The notes below the pieces were generated by a model that was not told the DNA's origin, did no database searches, and saw only the letters and a program-made list of their open reading frames with translations. The translations under genes and the position numbers were made by a program. Shown here in pieces: positions 1 through 10,351 of a stretch of 64,000 bases of DNA (positions are counted from its first letter, which is position 1; every line of letters starts with the position of its first letter). Source of the DNA: an uncultured Acidobacteriota bacterium (GTDB lineage: Bacteria > Acidobacteriota > Terriglobia > Terriglobales > Acidobacteriaceae); contig CAVSAW010000023.1 in NCBI GenBank assembly GCA_963725945.1, positions 16,867 through 80,866 of the forward strand, in the 5' to 3' direction.

Positions 1-78
1 ATCGCTCTCGTGGCTTGCTGGATTCCCGCCCGCCGTGCCGCATCCATCGACCCCATGCAAGCCCTGCGGACGGAATAG
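1..78 (+). CDS. 3' end of an ABC/ADOP-type permease (partial)
   Basis: Frame 1 reads IALVACWIPARRAASIDPMQALRTE*, the typical FtsX/MacB-like permease C-terminus. Confidence 0.85.
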   Translation: MALVACWIPARRAASIDPMQALRTE

Positions 79-246
79 TCTCCGCCCTCAATGCGCCAAC
101 GCTTCATCCGTACATCCGCGCCCTTCATCCGCATTTCCCGCCCTCCATCGCGCAGTGTGCACAACTACGCCCGCCTCGTTGTAACCTTCTACTTAAAGCG
201 AATGCAGGAATGGGCGAATCGCCCGCCGGCCACAAGGAAAGAATGC

Positions 247-998
247 ATGGGTGCAACCAGAATTGAGTTTCGTCTGCGGATGGCCATCAAGATGGTGATC
301 ATCATCCTGGGCTTTTGGGCGCCATGGATCGAGCCATGGGGTCCTCGGCTGCATTTGCCCAGCGCATCCCACTGCTTGAGTGGCTGCCGCTGGAAATCAC
401 CCGGCTCGGCCTGCTTCCCTTCTCCGTCGCCAGCCCGTCGTCATTGTCGTGGCGCAATCATCGCCGCCGTGGGCGCAATTTTGCGCGTTTGGGGCGCGGC
501 CTATCTTGGGCTCCGTCACCGTGCACCATGTGGAAATGAAGGCCGGCGCAGTCATGGCGGACGGCCCTTACCGCTACGTGCGCAATCCGCTCTATCTCGG
601 CTTGATGGTTCATGGTGGTGGCCATGGCCTTCCTCATGCCTCCGACGGGCGCGCTGTTCTCCATGACACTGCTCACCCTTTTTTCATGAGTCTCATCCTC
701 GGCGAAGAAGCATTCCTTTCCGCTCAGCTCGGCGAGCCCTACAAGGCCTATTTGCGCGCCGTTCCGCGTCTCATTCCCCGCCTGCGTACCACTGTGCCGG
801 CGTAGCCTGCAAGCCCCAATGGCTCACGGCTCTGCTGACTGAAATCACGCCCATCGGCGTCTTCCTGTCCTGGCCTTTCTGTCGTGGAGCTACGACAACT
901 GCCTCATGATCACGGCCATTCTCATTTCGCTGGGCGTGTCGCTCGTGGCGCGAGCGTTCACGCCGCGTGAGCTCCGGCGCTCCAGCACGGCCGATTAA
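247..998 (+). CDS. Isoprenylcysteine carboxyl methyltransferase (ICMT)-family membrane protein, frameshifted; end approximate
   Basis: MGATRIEFRLR... then GPYRYVRNPLYLG and EEAFL...GEPYKAY...VPRLIP motifs, spread over several frames. Confidence 0.7.
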
Positions 999-1002
999 GC
1001 TC

Positions 1003-1416
1003 TCATCGCCGGGCTTGCTCAGATGCGTCCACTTGAATCCGTCCGCATATTTCAGCCCGTATCCCAGCAGCCGATCCACCCCAATGTGGTTCACCCAGAT
1101 CAGCGCAAAGGGCAGCAGCCCGTGCGCGTGCAGCAACAGCGCTGCACAACGCCAGCGTCAACGGCGCCACATACGCATGCACCGCGTTGTAAATCCGCGC
1201 TCCCCGGCACGATCCGCCAAGATACCCCAGCATGGAGAGATCAGGCGCAAGCCATAGCGCCGCAAACAGCCACCAGCTGGCCCCCGTGCGCGCGTAAAGA
1301 CTCGCGGAGACGGCCGCAACTGCCAGCCCCTCAAGGCGCAGAAGCAGCGACAACAGAAGCCGGAGTCGCCGCCCTCGACACAGTCGAGGAGTTGCGTCGA
1401 AGAAGTCGCTTGCCAT
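1003..1416 (-). CDS. DUF4260-family membrane protein, frameshifted; end approximate
   Basis: LLRLEG...LAPDLSMLGYL...YNAVH, then HIGVDRLLGYGLKY..F.WTHL in a second frame. Confidence 0.75.
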   Translation of the reverse strand: MASDFFDATPRLCRGRRLRLLLSLLLRLEGLAVAAVSASLYARTGASWWLFAALWLAPDLSMLGYLGGSCRGARIYNAVHAYVAPLTLALCSAVAARARAAALCADLGEPHWGGSAAGIRAEICGRIQVDASEQARR

Positions 1417-1487
1417 GCCTATTGGATGATGGGACGCGACCACCGACGGACAGAACAAAATCGCACCGCACCTAGGCGCAAACGGAA

Positions 1488-1516
1488 AAGGGGAGAAGCC
1501 TAGAGCTTCTCCCCTT
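1488..1516 (-). terminator. Intrinsic terminator downstream of the HU gene
   Basis: AAGGGGAGAAGC...GCTTCTCCCCTT inverted repeat followed by a T-run on the minus strand. Confidence 0.7.
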
Positions 1517-1535
1517 CGGTCCGCAGTCCGGAAAA

Positions 1536-1833
1536 CTACTTCTTCGGCAGGAGCGATCACGTCCTTGGCGGCCTTGGCCACGCGGAACTTGACCACCGTC
1601 TTGGCCTTGATCTTGATGGCCGCGCCGGTTTGGGGGTTGCGGCCAATGCGGGCCTTGCGCTCCGCCTTTACCAGGCGGCCGATGCCGGGGATTACGAATA
1701 CGCCGTTCTTCTTGGTTTCCTTGATGGCGGTCTCCGCCAGCATGTCCAGGAAGGCAGCGGATTGCTTGTTGGTCAGTTGAAGCTTCTCGGCCATGTGCCG
1801 CGTCAATGCGGTCTTGGTCATTCCAGTTGCCAT
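1536..1833 (-). CDS. hup: HU-family DNA-binding protein (one extra base just before the stop)
   Basis: MTKTAL...FVIPGIGRLVKAERKARIGRNPQTGAAIKIKAKTVVKFRVAK; the likely end ...KK*(TAG 1536-1538) is out of frame by 1 nt. Confidence 0.92.
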
Positions 1834-2186
1834 GTGATGTTCTCCTTCTGGGCGTGCCCTCGGGGCAGCCGTTGTTGCCTGGGTTCTTCCGCTCTGCTTG
1901 AACAAATGCCGAGAAGCCGTTACGCGTACCGCATGGAGGGAGTGCGACCGAGGCAACGTTTGCACGAAACCCCTGTATTCATGCGGGTTCTTCAGAACCC
2001 TGTCGTTCGTTACAATGCAGCTTCAGGGCAGGCAAAGTCAATGGAAAAACGAGCCGATTTCCACAATTTTCTTGGGTTTTTGTGCCTATTTCACCTATTT
2101 TTGCCGAAATTTGCCCGTATTCAGCGGATTTTGTCGGCCGGCCCAGCCTCGCAAACCCGCATCAATACGCCCTCGCCGCAACTGCC

Positions 2187-2931
2187 TCAATGCAGCCCGA
2201 AAAGTACCTTCTTCTTCGGCAGAGAGAGCCGCGGCAATCGGCGTATTCAGCGCATCCACCATCGGCGCCGCAGCTTGAAATGCCGAATCAGCGTTGCCAC
2301 AAGTTCGGCTTCGAGCGCAGCCTCCGCCGGCAATGTCGTGCTCAATCCCCACTGCTGGCATTGATCAGGTCCAGCGCCGGATGCTCGCAGGGGAATCCCT
2401 TCGGCGGCCGTGTCAGCGCATCTCCCTCAAATTCGGTAAATGCCTTCCGCACCGCCGCGCTCTGCAAGCAGTTTTCTGAAACTCCGCATGATTGTCGAGC
2501 AGCCAATGCCGAATCGCCGCCAACTGCTCCTTCTCCGGCATGTAGGACCCCGCGGCAATCACCACTTCCTTCGCGCTCACCTGAAAGTAGTAGCCCGCCC
2601 CCGAAGTCTTCTCCATTCCCTTGTGCGACCACCACGCCGCCACGTGCGTTTTGTACGGCCGCTTGTCGTTGCTGAAGCGCGTGTCGCGATAAATCCTGAA
2701 CAGGCTCTTCTCCGCTGGCCGCACGTGATTCGGCGCAAAATCCGCCATGGCATCCGTCACCTTGCGGACGATGGCCAGCATCGGCTCCTTCAGCTCCGCT
2801 TCAAAGTGCGCTTTCCGCGGCGTGAACCACTCGCGGTCGTTGTGCTTGGCCAGGTTGCGCAGAAACGTCAGCCCCGCAGGCCGTAAATACGGCAATGCAG
2901 GAGTGGGAGCGGGTTTTAGTTTGGTTGCCAT
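2187..2931 (-). CDS. DUF2461 / TIGR02453-family protein, frameshifted
   Basis: FLRNLAKHNDREWF...FRIYRDTRFSNDKRPYKTH...L.RPPKGF motifs. Confidence 0.85.
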
Positions 2932-3029
2932 TGCAAGGAAAAGTGTAACGCGGAAGGCGAAGCGGCTGGCGCTCTCGAATTGCGAGAGTTGATTTTTCAA
3001 GGGCGACGCTGACGCTGATCCGTCGCAAA

Positions 3030-3383
3030 TCAGGGGCGTCCCCATACAAGCTCAGTAATTAGGTGCTTATTGCCGACCGGCTTTACCGTGACCGTCACAG
3101 CTTCAGACCAACCTTCGCCCTGTATCGCAACGTAGGCCCAGCCCTGAGCATCCATTTCGCCTATTTCAGGAACTGGGCGATTGTCGACCACCACCACATT
3201 CGGCACCGCGACAGGTTGCGCATATTCCACCATGCCCTCGTATTCGCTTTTCAAACCTGTCGCCGTGTATTTGGACTGTAATTCAGCGCTGAGCAATGCG
3301 TGCGCCTTCTCGAACTCACCCATCACTAACGCCTGGGCAAAGTTGAAGCCAACAATACCGTGCGGCATGTCTTTGGTTTCCAT
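3030..3383 (-). CDS. Hypothetical protein (117 aa)
   Basis: Clean ATG ORF with protein-like composition, co-oriented with its neighbours. Confidence 0.6.
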   Translation of the reverse strand: METKDMPHGIVGFNFAQALVMGEFEKAHALLSAELQSKYTATGLKSEYEGMVEYAQPVAVPNVVVVDNRPVPEIGEMDAQGWAYVAIQGEGWSEAVTVTVKPVGNKHLITELVWGRP

Positions 3384-3449
3384 ATCGCCCCTAGCGAATG
3401 ACCTTCAGCGCCCCGCCGGACCAGCCCGCCCAATCCACCCGATGATGCC

Positions 3450-4424
3450 TTAAGGCGCGGAAGCCGCATTCTGCGCCGCAAGTCGCGCGGCCATCTTCGC
3501 GCGGTGCTTCTTGATGTAGTGCGCGGAAATATCCGGGTAGAACTCGCGGATAGAGGAAAACATCACATCGCGCATCACTGAGTAGCCGAACTTGCTCGCC
3601 AGCACGCCGAAGCTCGTCGCGCTCGGCGGATAGTAGTACCGCGAGACAACCTGCGTCAGAGCCTTGCCCCCCAGTCCCGCAAAACTAGGCGTCTGCCTCC
3701 CACCATAGGTGCGGGCCACGGCTTGCCGGCTGATCACGTAAAGGAAGCGGATCGGAATACTGTGCCCCGCGCCCAGGGCATAGAACCGGGTGTCCTCATG
3801 CAGCAGGCTGGGCAACAGCCACGCGGCGAGATAGGTGCCGTCCGTCTTGTCGAGAAAGCCGCGCCAGGTGTACGCGTAAAAGCCATCGATGCCCTTGCCC
3901 AGCGCCGGGTGCATGTTCATGCCTTCAGCGGTGATCGATGTAAGGCCGAGGAAAATGAAGGTGGAGTAGTCCGTGGCCTGATGAGTCGCCACAATGAAGT
4001 TGTACTTCCAGCCCGGTGGTGGCGGCTTGGCCCCGCCTGAAACCGATCGGAAATTGGGCATAAATCCCAGGATCCGTTGCGGCTGCCTGCGCTCAAGGGG
4101 TATGGTGTTGCCGTTGGCGTCAACTGGAACCGTCGAACCGGGCTTGGAGCGAGAGTCGCTTGCGTTGTTGGTCGGCGCCGGTTGGCCAGCCTGCAGAGGG
4201 TCGGGCATGAAACTCAAATCTGAAGCCCAGGCCAGATCGCCCACGGGAGACGACTCGCCAGAATCGGGCGCAGGAATATCTGCCGCTGCAAGGCTGGCCG
4301 ACGGCGTCGGCGCGTCGGGAAGCTGCACCGACTGGGCGCGACCGCTGGTGGCAAAACTCAGGCAGATCAGGGCGATAACGAAACGCAAACACACCATCCT
4401 TGGAGTGCAGAGGAACCCCGTCAC
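3450..4424 (-). CDS. Secreted or membrane hypothetical protein of a type common in Acidobacteria
   Basis: Signal peptide, LPDAP linker, RILGFMPNF, LLHEDTRFY and EFYPD motifs. Confidence 0.75.
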   Translation of the reverse strand: MTGFLCTPRMVCLRFVIALICLSFATSGRAQSVQLPDAPTPSASLAAADIPAPDSGESSPVGDLAWASDLSFMPDPLQAGQPAPTNNASDSRSKPGSTVPVDANGNTIPLERRQPQRILGFMPNFRSVSGGAKPPPPGWKYNFIVATHQATDYSTFIFLGLTSITAEGMNMHPALGKGIDGFYAYTWRGFLDKTDGTYLAAWLLPSLLHEDTRFYALGAGHSIPIRFLYVISRQAVARTYGGRQTPSFAGLGGKALTQVVSRYYYPPSATSFGVLASKFGYSVMRDVMFSSIREFYPDISAHYIKKHRAKMAARLAAQNAASAP

Positions 4425-4693
4425 TGAGAGTTTCGAGTCCGGCGGCTTTATCAGTTAGAACGGACAAATCGGAATGCGGGTTACGGACCCGGCGATAAAA
4501 TATTGAATAATTGCTGACAACCCTCGGGGAAGAATCCTTCAATCCTGTTGTTTCGAAGGGGACTCACCCAGTCTATCGGATCAGTTTCCACTCGTGTTGC
4601 ACAACCTTGGGTGCCCAGGGTTCCGATTTTGCGACCTTGAATAGCAGAATCCATGCATGGCACGCCGAAGGCTGCTGGCCCCACCGCAGGGGT

Positions 4694-5283
4694 CTACCGG
4701 ATAATCTTCAGCGCCCCGCGGAACAGCCCATCGAAATCCCCGCGAGCGCCTTGTCCTTTGCGACCGCCTGCGCAATCGCCTTCTCCGCCGCCGGCCGCTG
4801 ATACCCCAGATTCGTCAACGCCGACAGCACATCGTCCACCGCCGGCCCCGCCACGGCCGATTGCACCGGCGCCACCGCAAAATCGTCCAGCTTGTCTTTC
4901 AGCTCCACCACCAGCCGCTCGGCCAGCTTCTTGCCCACCCCGGGAATCCGCGTCAACTGCGCATGATCCTGCCCGCGAATCGCCTGCACCGTGCGATCCG
5001 ATGAAAGCCCGCTCAGCATCTTGATGGCCAGCTTCGGCCCCACCCCGCTCACCGTAATCAGCCGCTCAAACAGCCGCTTTTCTTCGCGTTCGAGAAAGCC
5101 GAACAGCGCAATCTGGTCCTCGCTCACCTGCGTATGGATGTGGAGCGATGCCTCCGCGCCCAGCGACGGCAGCGCCGTAAACGTCGGCACCGAGATGGCC
5201 ACGTCATACCCCACCCCGCCAGCCTCAACAATGGCCTGGCCGGGCTGTTTGTAAATCAGCTTGCCGCGCAAATGAGCGATCAT
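4694..5283 (-). CDS. ruvA: Holliday junction branch migration protein RuvA (frameshift near the C-terminus)
   Basis: MIAHLRGKL...GVGY...LITVSGVGPKLA...IPGVGKKLAERLVVELKDK...ALTNLGY. Confidence 0.95.
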
Positions 5284-5816
5284 TGCGCCTTCGCTTCCAT
5301 TTCAAACTTCGCTGAATTTGTTCGCAACCATAGCCCCGATTCATCCTGCGGCCCCGATGGGTCATAGATTTCGATAGAAACGATGTATTTCCCAGGCACA
5401 CTGAGATCGTAGAACATGGTCAAATCGTAGGTTTGATAATCCGACGCCCCCGGCGCGATCGGTCTTGAAATAACCGGCCCGTCCGTGAGTTCCGGCCCAT
5501 CACCGGGACGAAAATCCCCATGGCGATGGCGTTGCCATTCCGTTTCTGTCGGGCCGCCATCTTTCCCCTCTATATGAACCCTGAAGAGAGCTGAAGAGGT
5601 TGAAAAGTAGACCTCGTGGTCGCTTATGTTCTTCATATGTACCGTGGCATGCGGCTTCTCGCCCACAAGAAAATGGGTCTTTTCAAGAGATAAGGTGATG
5701 GTAATGGAAGGAGTTTGAATCGCTGGAGTCGCTGCCTGGGCATAAAGGGCAACATTTCCGCTGCCATTCACAACAATCATCGTCACAGCAAGGGCAAGCG
5801 TACGAAACTCGATCAT
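5280..5816 (-). CDS. Secreted hypothetical protein, beta-rich or Ig-like
   Basis: Signal peptide; YDLSVPGKYIV motif; stop overlaps the ruvA start. Confidence 0.65.
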   Translation of the reverse strand: MIEFRTLALAVTMIVVNGSGNVALYAQAATPAIQTPSITITLSLEKTHFLVGEKPHATVHMKNISDHEVYFSTSSALFRVHIEGKDGGPTETEWQRHRHGDFRPGDGPELTDGPVISRPIAPGASDYQTYDLTMFYDLSVPGKYIVSIEIYDPSGPQDESGLWLRTNSAKFEMEAKAQ

Positions 5817-5823
5817 CGTGGAC

Positions 5824-7038
5824 TCATTGTAGAATCCCGATCCGTTTCGCCACCAGTTCCAGCGTTTCCAGCGCCCTGTCAAGTTGCGCCTTGGTGTGCT
5901 CGCTGGTCAGGATCAGCCGAATCCGCGCCTTTCCTTCTGGAACCGTCGGAAACGCAATCCCTGTTCCCATCACGCCTTCCTCAAACAGCGCCCGGCTGAA
6001 GTCCATGGCCTTACGTCCCTCGCCCACAATCACCGGCGTAATCGGCGTCTGCGTGGCCGGCGTCGTCACTCCGCCAATGTTGAAACCCATGCGGTGGAGT
6101 TCCCCCTGGAAATAGTGCGTGTTGTCCCACAGCCGCTGAATCCGTTCCGGCTCCGTCTCCAGAATGTCGAAAGCCGCAATGCACGTCGCCGCCACGCTCG
6201 GCGGATGCGACGTAGAAAACAGAAACGGCCGCGCCCGATGGTAGAGGTAGTCAATCAGGTCCTTCGATCCGCAAACATAGCCGCCCAGCGCGCCAATCGC
6301 TTTCGACAGCGTGCCCACCTGCACATCCACGCGCCCGTGCATGCCAAAGTGATCCACGCTCCCGCGCCCGTTGCGTCCCAGCACCCCCGATGCATGCGCA
6401 TCATCCACCATCATGATCGCCCCATACTTCTCCGCCAGCGCGGCCAGCTTGTCCACCGGCCCAATGTCGCCGTCCATGGAGAACACACCGTCGGTGATGA
6501 CCAGCTTGTGCCCCGGTTCGTTCGCAATCTCCTTCAGCAACTCCTCGCAATGCGCCGCGTCCTTGTGCCGAAACACTTTGATCTTCGCCCGCGACAGCCG
6601 TGCCCCATCAATAATGCTGGCGTGATTCAGCTCGTCGGAGAGAATAAAGTCCTCCTTGCCCAGAATCGCGCTCACCGTTCCCGCATTGGCCGCGAACCCG
6701 CTTTGGAAGACAACGCACGCCTCCACATTCTTGAAGCGCGCGATCTTCTCTTCCAACTCCATGTGGATGCGCATCGTTCCCGCAATCGTCCGCACCGCAC
6801 CCGACCCCACACCAAAGGTGCGCGTCGCAGCCAGCGCCGCCTCAATCAACTTGGGATGATTGGCCAGCCCCAGGTAGTTGTTGCTGGCCAGGTTGATCAC
6901 TTCGCGCCCGTCATAGTGGCATACCGGCGCCTGCTGGTCATCGAGAATGCGGAGTCTGAAATGCGTCCCTTTCGCGCGCAGTTCATCCAGCACGGTAGTC
7001 AGGTAAGCAAGCTGCGGGCGCGCAGCAGTCTCTGTCAT
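5824..7038 (-). CDS. kbl: Glycine C-acetyltransferase (2-amino-3-ketobutyrate CoA ligase)
   Basis: SNNYLGL, SDELNHASIIDG, DGVFSMDG, DDAH, GTLSKA (PLP lysine); tdh nearby. Confidence 0.88.
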   Translation of the reverse strand: MTETAARPQLAYLTTVLDELRAKGTHFRLRILDDQQAPVCHYDGREVINLASNNYLGLANHPKLIEAALAATRTFGVGSGAVRTIAGTMRIHMELEEKIARFKNVEACVVFQSGFAANAGTVSAILGKEDFILSDELNHASIIDGARLSRAKIKVFRHKDAAHCEELLKEIANEPGHKLVITDGVFSMDGDIGPVDKLAALAEKYGAIMMVDDAHASGVLGRNGRGSVDHFGMHGRVDVQVGTLSKAIGALGGYVCGSKDLIDYLYHRARPFLFSTSHPPSVAATCIAAFDILETEPERIQRLWDNTHYFQGELHRMGFNIGGVTTPATQTPITPVIVGEGRKAMDFSRALFEEGVMGTGIAFPTVPEGKARIRLILTSEHTKAQLDRALETLELVAKRIGILQ

Positions 7039-7123
7039 GGCATTTACCTCAACCAGAAAGGATAGCGCGTCAGGCAGCGGGCCGCGACCTCTGTCTACTC
7101 GTCACATTCTGCTGTCTTCCGTC

Positions 7124-7153
7124 TTGACATGCCTAGTTATCTATGCCTAGACT
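7124..7153 (+). promoter_or_regulatory. Sigma70-type promoter of padR with an overlapping candidate operator
   Basis: TTGACA-18 nt-TAGACT; GCCTAG occurs twice within the promoter. Confidence 0.55.
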
Positions 7154-7183
7154 TCTCCGTACCAGAGCATCCGGGGGTAGTGC

Positions 7184-7510
7184 ATGGCGAAGAACGATCT
7201 CCAGGGAACACTCGATCTGCTAGTTCTCAAAACCCTCGACCACAATGGCTCGCTGCATGGCTACGGCATCGTGCTCCACATCCAGAACGCCTCCGGCGAG
7301 TTGCTACGCGTTGAAGAAGGCTCGCTCTACCCCGCCCTCCACCGCATGGAGCAGAGCGGCTGGATCGCTTCGGAGTGGGCTCTCACTGAAACCAATCGCA
7401 AGGCCAAATACTACCGGCTCACCGCCGCTGGCCGCCGCCAGTTGCAGCAGGCTGAAGAGAGCTTCGACCAGCTCGTCAAGGGCGTGCGCGCGCTCCTGCG
7501 CTTTGCATGA
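7184..7510 (+). CDS. PadR-family transcriptional regulator (acidobacterial type)
   Basis: LQGTLDLLVLKTL...HGYGI...EEGSLYPALHRME...NRKAKYYRLT. Confidence 0.93.
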   Translation: MAKNDLQGTLDLLVLKTLDHNGSLHGYGIVLHIQNASGELLRVEEGSLYPALHRMEQSGWIASEWALTETNRKAKYYRLTAAGRRQLQQAEESFDQLVKGVRALLRFA

Positions 7511-7537
7511 AATGTTGTGCCTGAGGAAGGGAACGCA

Positions 7538-10177
7538 ATGGCATTAATCCGTCGAATCGCCAACCTCTTCCGCCGCTCGCGCTTGAACCACGAAATCGAC
7601 GTGGAACTGGAGGCCCACATCGACTTGCGCATCGACGCCAACATCGCGTCCGGCATGTCGCCCGCTGAAGCCCGCCGCGACGCGCTTCTCCGTTTCGGCA
7701 ACCCCACGGCAACCAAAGAGCGCGTCGCAGCCGCCGACACCAGCCTTGGCCTCGCCAGCATCGCCCGCGACATCCGCTATGCTCTGCGCCAGTTGCGCCG
7801 CTCGCCCGGCTTTGCGCTCACCGCAATTCTTACCCTGGCCCTAGGCATCGGCGCCAACGTGGTTGTCTTTGGCGTGTTGAATGCGATCCTTTTGCGCCCC
7901 ATTCATGTTCCCGGTGTGGACCGGCTTGTTCAGATCGAGCAACGACAGCAGGAATATCTTACGCAGTCCTACCCCGATTACATCGACTTCCGCGCGCGCA
8001 ATTCGACTTTCAGCGACATGGCCGCCTACCGCATCGGCGAGGTAGGCATGAGTTCCGGCGGTTCCGCGCAAAGATGCTGGGACTACGAGGCTTCGGGCAA
8101 CTACTTCGACATGCTCAACGTCCAGCCCCAATTAGGCCACTTCTTCCACGCCAGCGACGAGCACGGCCCCAATTCCGCGCCTTACATCGTCCTCAGCGAT
8201 GCCTTCTGGCGCACACGGTTCAATGCCGACCCCCGCGTCGTCGGGATGACCGTCGACCTCGACAAGCATCCGTTCACGATCATCGGCGTGGCGCCAAAGA
8301 CCTTCAATGGAACCGAGATTTTCTTCTGGCCTGAAGTCTGGATACCGATGGCCAACGAGGAACAGGTCGAGGGCTACAACTATCTCGTCAAGCGCCAGAA
8401 CCACGGCATCTATGTCATCGGCATGCTCAAGCCCGGTGTCACGCCCCAACAAGCCACAGACAACCTGATCACCGTTGCCCATCAGATGACCCGCGAACAT
8501 CCTGTGGAGGACGACGGACTCGGCGCGCGGCTCGTGAAACCGGGCCTGATGGGCGACATTCTGGGTGGCCCGACTCGCCCGTTTCTGACCGCAATCATGC
8601 TGCTCGCCCTGTTGGTGCTCATGGCTGCGTGTGCCAACCTGGCCGGCATCTTCACCGCCCGCGCCGCAGATCGCAGCCGGGAGTTGGCCATCCGGCTTTC
8701 TATCGGATCCACTCGGTGGCGTCTGGTGCGCCAGATCCTTACGGAGGCGGTGCTTGTTTCTGTTTGCGGTGGCATTGCGGGAACGCTCATCGCCATCGCG
8801 CTACTCGGCGCGCTCACGCGCTGGCAGCCCATCACGGAGTATCCCATCCACGTCACCGTCACGCCCGATTTCAAGGTCTTCGTGCTTGCCCTGCTGCTTT
8901 CTTTAATCAGCGGCCTCCTGCCCGGTCTGCTGCCTGCCCGGCAAATCTGGAAGACAAATGCCATGCAGGCCATGAAGAGCGGTGCTGTCGAGTCCGGACT
9001 TCTCCGCCGTTTCAGCCTGCGCGATGTGCTTCTGGGAATACAAATCACCCTGTGTGCGTTGCTCGTCACAGCCTCTCTCGTCTCCCTGCGCGGCATGGAA
9101 CGCTCTCTGCACGCGCCGATGGGCTTTGTTCCGGACGGAGCCATGCTGGCTCTCGAAGATTTGCACATGGCCGGCTACTCCGATGACACTGCGCTGCCCG
9201 TGCAGCACCGCATGATTGACGAAGCCGCGCGCATTCCCGGCGTGACTGCCGTGGGAATCGTAAACGATGTGCCTCTTAATGGAAGCAGTAATGATACGGA
9301 TGTCTACCGCGAAGGCACTGCGGATTTCCGCCCGTCTAACAGCGTGCTCGATGCGCAATACTTCTCCATCTCCCCTGGTTACCTCGGGGCAGCTCAAACC
9401 CGCCTTCTCGCCGGCCGCGACTTCACCTGGTCCGACGGGCCGACTGCTCCGAATGTCGCGATCATCAACGAAACCTTTGCCCGCAAGATGTTCGGCAACA
9501 CCCCTGCTGTTGGCCGCCATTTCCTCAAACTGGACAAGAAGCTCTATGAAATCGTGGGAGTCGTCGAGAACGGCAAGTACCAGTTTCTGACCGAGGATCC
9601 TTCCGCCGCCATGTTCTTTCCGCTCGCTCAACAAACGGATGGCGACACGACCCTTGTCGTCCGTTCCACATTGTCTCCGGCAGAGACCGCCGCGACGTTG
9701 AACCGAATGCTCAGCGGAATCGATTCCAGCCAGCCGATTGAACTTCGCACCTGGACTGATAACCTCGCCCTGGTGCTCTTTCCGGCGCGCGTTGCCACGG
9801 CGGCTCTCGGCGTCATGGGTTTGCTGGCGGCTATGCTTGCCGTTACCGGCATTTTCGGCATGGCGGCTTACACGGTTTCCAAGCGGCTCCGCGAGCTGGG
9901 CATTCGAGTGGCGCTGGGTGCGCATCGTGCCCAACTGATGCGTGCGGCGCTCGGGCGACCCATGCTCGTGCTCCTAACGGGATCTTTGGCCGGTCTGATA
10001 CTGGGTGTTCTTGCGAGCAAGCTTCTTGCATACCTTGTCTACCAGGCCACTCCGCGCGACCCACTGGTCCTGCTCGGAGCCGTCGCGGTCATGATTCTGG
10101 TGGGATGCGTGGCCACCTGGATCCCAGCCCGCCGCGCATTGGCTGTCAATCCTGCACAGTTGCTCCGCGAGGAGTAG
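7538..10177 (+). CDS. ADOP-family duplicated ABC permease
   Basis: Permease prefix domain (EARRDALLRFG), two MacB/FtsX halves, IPARRA C-terminus; follows PadR. Confidence 0.92.
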   Translation: MALIRRIANLFRRSRLNHEIDVELEAHIDLRIDANIASGMSPAEARRDALLRFGNPTATKERVAAADTSLGLASIARDIRYALRQLRRSPGFALTAILTLALGIGANVVVFGVLNAILLRPIHVPGVDRLVQIEQRQQEYLTQSYPDYIDFRARNSTFSDMAAYRIGEVGMSSGGSAQRCWDYEASGNYFDMLNVQPQLGHFFHASDEHGPNSAPYIVLSDAFWRTRFNADPRVVGMTVDLDKHPFTIIGVAPKTFNGTEIFFWPEVWIPMANEEQVEGYNYLVKRQNHGIYVIGMLKPGVTPQQATDNLITVAHQMTREHPVEDDGLGARLVKPGLMGDILGGPTRPFLTAIMLLALLVLMAACANLAGIFTARAADRSRELAIRLSIGSTRWRLVRQILTEAVLVSVCGGIAGTLIAIALLGALTRWQPITEYPIHVTVTPDFKVFVLALLLSLISGLLPGLLPARQIWKTNAMQAMKSGAVESGLLRRFSLRDVLLGIQITLCALLVTASLVSLRGMERSLHAPMGFVPDGAMLALEDLHMAGYSDDTALPVQHRMIDEAARIPGVTAVGIVNDVPLNGSSNDTDVYREGTADFRPSNSVLDAQYFSISPGYLGAAQTRLLAGRDFTWSDGPTAPNVAIINETFARKMFGNTPAVGRHFLKLDKKLYEIVGVVENGKYQFLTEDPSAAMFFPLAQQTDGDTTLVVRSTLSPAETAATLNRMLSGIDSSQPIELRTWTDNLALVLFPARVATAALGVMGLLAAMLAVTGIFGMAAYTVSKRLRELGIRVALGAHRAQLMRAALGRPMLVLLTGSLAGLILGVLASKLLAYLVYQATPRDPLVLLGAVAVMILVGCVATWIPARRALAVNPAQLLREE

Positions 10178-10351
10178 TCCCACCCGTTCTTTCTCAGCCA
10201 GAAAGATCAGTCGTTTAGCCGCCATTTTGCCCTCGGGGCCGTCCAAACACTGGGCGGGAATGGCTCCGGTGCGCCCCCGCCGGATACAATGGTCCTACGC
10301 CGTCGCAAATACGCGAATTACGGTCCTTCTAAAGATTCGGAGCAGGTGCAC

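Noticed and set aside
1003..1965. Apparent 320-aa HU-DUF4260 fusion ORF
   Set aside because: Produced by a 1-nt indel before the HU stop; a terminator hairpin lies between the two genes.
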